From NCBI GenBank assembly GCA_963697895.1, contig OY969100.1, forward strand, positions 544,001-608,000: 64,000 nucleotides of DNA. The letters run 5' to 3'. The DNA is from an uncultured Methanomicrobiales archaeon. GTDB taxonomy: Archaea; Halobacteriota; Methanomicrobia; Methanomicrobiales; Methanospirillaceae. The translations under genes and the position numbers were made by a program. Position 1 is the first letter of the stretch. Each line of letters opens with the position of its first letter. This document shows, piece by piece, positions 61,020 through 64,000 of the stretch. Under the pieces are notes generated by a model that did no database searches, had not been told where the DNA came from, and saw only the letters and a list, made by a program, of their open reading frames with translations.

Positions 61020-61709
61020 TCATACCCCTGGTTTCCTCCCCATGAACACCACAAACATTCGATTTTTGTATATCACATCAACATCGGAAAACCCGCTGTC
61101 CCGGAGCCAGTCCAGTTGGACATCGAGAAACTCGTTTCTGTCCAATGTTTCACGGCGCATCCGTATTTCCTCCCGCTCGTTTGGAGAGAGGGGGCCTCCC
61201 CGTACGAAATCATCCCAGTACTCCATGAACCGGTCATTGAGGTATGGGCTGTTTCCCCGCACCTGATCTGCGTTCACAAATACCCCGCCCTGGTTCAGGG
61301 CGTCAAAAATCCACCGGTATAACCGGTGTTTTTCTTCGGCTGAAAGATGATGGATGGAAAGGGCCGAACAGATCAGGTCATACTTCCCGAGTTCATCTTC
61401 ATCCTTACTATAATCCCCGACAACGTACCGGATGTCTTGCCTCCCTCTGAACCTCTCCCGCGCCAATGCGAGCATCTGTTCCGAGAAATCTACAAGAGTG
61501 ACTGATGCCCTTGGGTACCGGTCCAGGAGGAGGGCGGTGAGAAGGCCGGTACCGGCGCCGATATCGAGGACGACCGGCTTATCTCCCTCCCACTCCGCAG
61601 CCCAGACTGCCGCGGAATAGAACTTCTCCATCTCCGGGATGACGTGTCTTCTCTGCGAGTCATACCGTGATGCAGCTTCGTCGAATGCTTTCCGTACATG
61701 TTCCATCAT
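61020..61709 (-). CDS. Class I SAM-dependent methyltransferase
   Basis: VLDIGAGTG, VDFSEQML, SALSIHHL and GGVFVNAD motifs. Confidence 0.9.
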   Translation of the reverse strand: MMEHVRKAFDEAASRYDSQRRHVIPEMEKFYSAAVWAAEWEGDKPVVLDIGAGTGLLTALLLDRYPRASVTLVDFSEQMLALARERFRGRQDIRYVVGDYSKDEDELGKYDLICSALSIHHLSAEEKHRLYRWIFDALNQGGVFVNADQVRGNSPYLNDRFMEYWDDFVRGGPLSPNEREEIRMRRETLDRNEFLDVQLDWLRDSGFSDVDVIYKNRMFVVFMGRKPGV

Positions 61710-62104
61710 GTTTCACCGTCCTGATAGATTGGGATGCAGTCCCTGATCAACGAGAGCATGATTGCCATGCCATAGCATAGCAAGGTTAAATAGGTTTGAA
61801 ATGAAGATATGAATCGGGTAAACTCATGTCTGTTCCAAACCGGATTTATGCGAGCACCCGGGTGCAGATAACAGACACTTTTTTCTTCTTCTTTAGATAG
61901 GGGACCCGCCCGCAGCCGGATCCCCTGTAAAGGCACGATAAAAGAGTTTACCGGAAGGTGAATCACCATGTATGGACTCTCTCACAAACAGATCACGATC
62001 GGACGCGGGTTTATCATCAACCCAACCGGAGCCTGCGCCCTCATTGCACGGGGGCATCGGATGAACAGATCGGAAAAACGAGTCATCGGTATGGGGGGAT
62101 ATGA

Positions 62105-63424
62105 ATGAGATCGATCATGGGGATCGCCCTCATCCTGGCCATCGTCCTCGGTGCGGTCGTTATGACCGGATGCACAACCCTTCCCGCTTCTTCCACGAAG
62201 GAGATCAAGATCGGGGTCGTCGCCTCCATGACCGGCCCTTCGAGCACGACCGGAAAAGACATCTGGCAGTCTGCGGTGGTTGCAGCGGACGAGATAAATG
62301 CGCAGGGAGGCGTGTACGTGAAGGAACTAAATGCAAAGGTTCCGATCAAACTCGTCCAGGGTGACGACGAATCAACCCGCGAAGGAGGCCAGAAAGCGGT
62401 CTCACGGCTTATTACCGAGGATAAAGTCGACCTTCTGGTCGGGGGATTTTCGAGCGCCGTCACTTCGGCGCACCAGTCGATCGTCGCCGAAAATAACATT
62501 CCCTACATCATTACCGGTGCATCATCCCCGATCATAACTCACCGGACGGACATAAACACGAGTTACATGTTCCATCACTGCCCGACAACGGACGACTATG
62601 GCATGCAGACCATTCATTTCATCGACCAGGAGATACGGCCGGCGATAAATGCCAAATATAACTACTCCGCCGACAGACCTCTGCGACTGGCAATCCTGTA
62701 CCAGGACAGCCCGTACGGGAAGGGGGTCCTGGATGCGGCTGCCAACACGATCGCCTCCGAGGGCCTCAACATCCAGCTCGTCGACAACAGGAGTTTCAAG
62801 ATGGGGGAATCCGATTTCAGGACAATGCTTACCGGTCTGAAGTCATCGAACCCCGATGCGGTGTACAGCGCCGCATTCCTGAACGAGCAGATCCCGATGA
62901 TCACCCAGGCGCGGAGAGATGTGGGGCTGAACACGATCTTCCTTGTGGTGGAATGTAATGACGACCCCGATTACTACAAAGGACTCGGGTCCTTCGGTGA
63001 CTCCTCGATTATCGAATCGCGGTTCGGACCATATACCGATCTTCAGGGAACACTTGCCACGCCGAACAGCAATTTCAAGGCTAATTTCTCATCAAAGTGG
63101 GGAGGATTCCCCGGGATGATGGGAGCCTCGACATATGAAGGGGTCTATATCGCGGCAAAAGCGATCGAAAACGCCGGCACTTTCGATAAGTCGCAGGTGA
63201 GGAATGCACTCGATAATCTGAATATGCCCCAGGTAATCGAATACATGCAGGGTGGGACGATCAACTTCTCACAAGACTTCAGGGAGAGCAAATTTGATCT
63301 CTACATGTCGCAACTGGTCTGGAACGAAACGAGCCAGCAACTCCGGCCGAAAGTGGTATGGCCAGACCGGATAAAAGAGGCGGATTTCGTCCTTCCAGAT
63401 TGGTATTCCCCCGGGAAACCCTGA
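62105..63424 (+). CDS. ABC transporter substrate-binding lipoprotein (LivJ/branched-chain family)
   Basis: Lipobox MTGC; IKIGVVASMTG, DEINAQGG, GDDES and GGFSS motifs. Confidence 0.9.
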   Translation: MRSIMGIALILAIVLGAVVMTGCTTLPASSTKEIKIGVVASMTGPSSTTGKDIWQSAVVAADEINAQGGVYVKELNAKVPIKLVQGDDESTREGGQKAVSRLITEDKVDLLVGGFSSAVTSAHQSIVAENNIPYIITGASSPIITHRTDINTSYMFHHCPTTDDYGMQTIHFIDQEIRPAINAKYNYSADRPLRLAILYQDSPYGKGVLDAAANTIASEGLNIQLVDNRSFKMGESDFRTMLTGLKSSNPDAVYSAAFLNEQIPMITQARRDVGLNTIFLVVECNDDPDYYKGLGSFGDSSIIESRFGPYTDLQGTLATPNSNFKANFSSKWGGFPGMMGASTYEGVYIAAKAIENAGTFDKSQVRNALDNLNMPQVIEYMQGGTINFSQDFRESKFDLYMSQLVWNETSQQLRPKVVWPDRIKEADFVLPDWYSPGKP

Positions 63425-63842
63425 AAATACCCGTATTTTTTTTAGGTCTCTGTTTGCCTGGAGGAACCGATTCTCCGTTACTATGAAATGTGTCCTTATT
63501 TCGGGACCTCTTCCATAATATACGGCGAGTGAACGAGGGGCCCCTTATTTCATCAGTTTTCCCTCATCCGGGATAGTGCGACGATATCCTCATTGAGGAA
63601 AATTAATTTTTAAAAAAATGGGGATCTCCTGATAGACAGCGATACAGAGGATTATCATCGATTCGGAAAAACCCGATAATAACCAGACGAACAGCGCGTA
63701 TTCAATACCACGAAACCGTTTGGTGATGTACATTTGATGACGTACAGCGGGAAACATGAATACGGAATGAGGAAAGGTGAAGGGTCTGGTAATCCCCCAA
63801 CGGTTTGGCGATTGAGATCGTGTTTAACATGCCCGGGGATAC

Positions 63843-64000
63843 ATGCACGTTAAGAAAGGCATCCTGTCCGGGTTTATCCTTCTGATCATCGTTCTCGCAA
63901 TCGTTGCATCCGGGGTGATGCTCAGCCGGCAGGCCGGGTCACCGGAACGACGATATTCCTATACCGTTATCCACGGGTATCCGCATGACCGGACGGCCTG
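63843..64000 (+). CDS. Glutaminyl-peptide cyclotransferase-like protein, 5' part only (runs off the window)
   Basis: Signal anchor then YTVIHGYPHDRTA, matching the YPHD-xx-A(F/W)TQG start of plant/bacterial-type glutaminyl cyclases. Confidence 0.65.
   Translation, partial: MHVKKGILSGFILLIIVLAIVASGVMLSRQAGSPERRYSYTVIHGYPHDRTA

Overview
This is a 64 kb chromosomal segment of a methanogenic euryarchaeon, most likely Methanomicrobiales (Methanoregula/Methanolinea-like). That placement is inferred from archaeal PCNA, PriL, Alba, S17e, PAN, aMBF1, the archaeosine enzymes and an archaeal-type RNase P RNA. Bases 1-51 kb are mostly housekeeping genes: two PAN ATPases, an 8-gene aromatic amino-acid operon, tpiA, rnpB, tgtA-arcS, nfnAB-like genes, rlmE-moaA, pcn-priL, dapA-dapB-asd, cdrS-like RHH-ftsZ, cobD-cobY and RaSEA. 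After tRNA-Ser(TGA) at about 51 kb the content becomes accessory. The best candidate for an undescribed system is a co-oriented methyltransferase / creatininase-family hydrolase / SPASM radical SAM cluster at 58.5-61.7 kb. It has small unannotated ORFs inside and beside it and resembles mycofactocin-type RiPP logic. Three structured leaders are also visible, upstream of the aro operon, the COG1340-like coiled-coil gene and the CxxC zinc-finger gene. Several short indels break conserved genes and are probably assembly errors. I saw no CRISPR array, rRNA, integrase or transposase. All family assignments come from motif recognition; no database searches were run.
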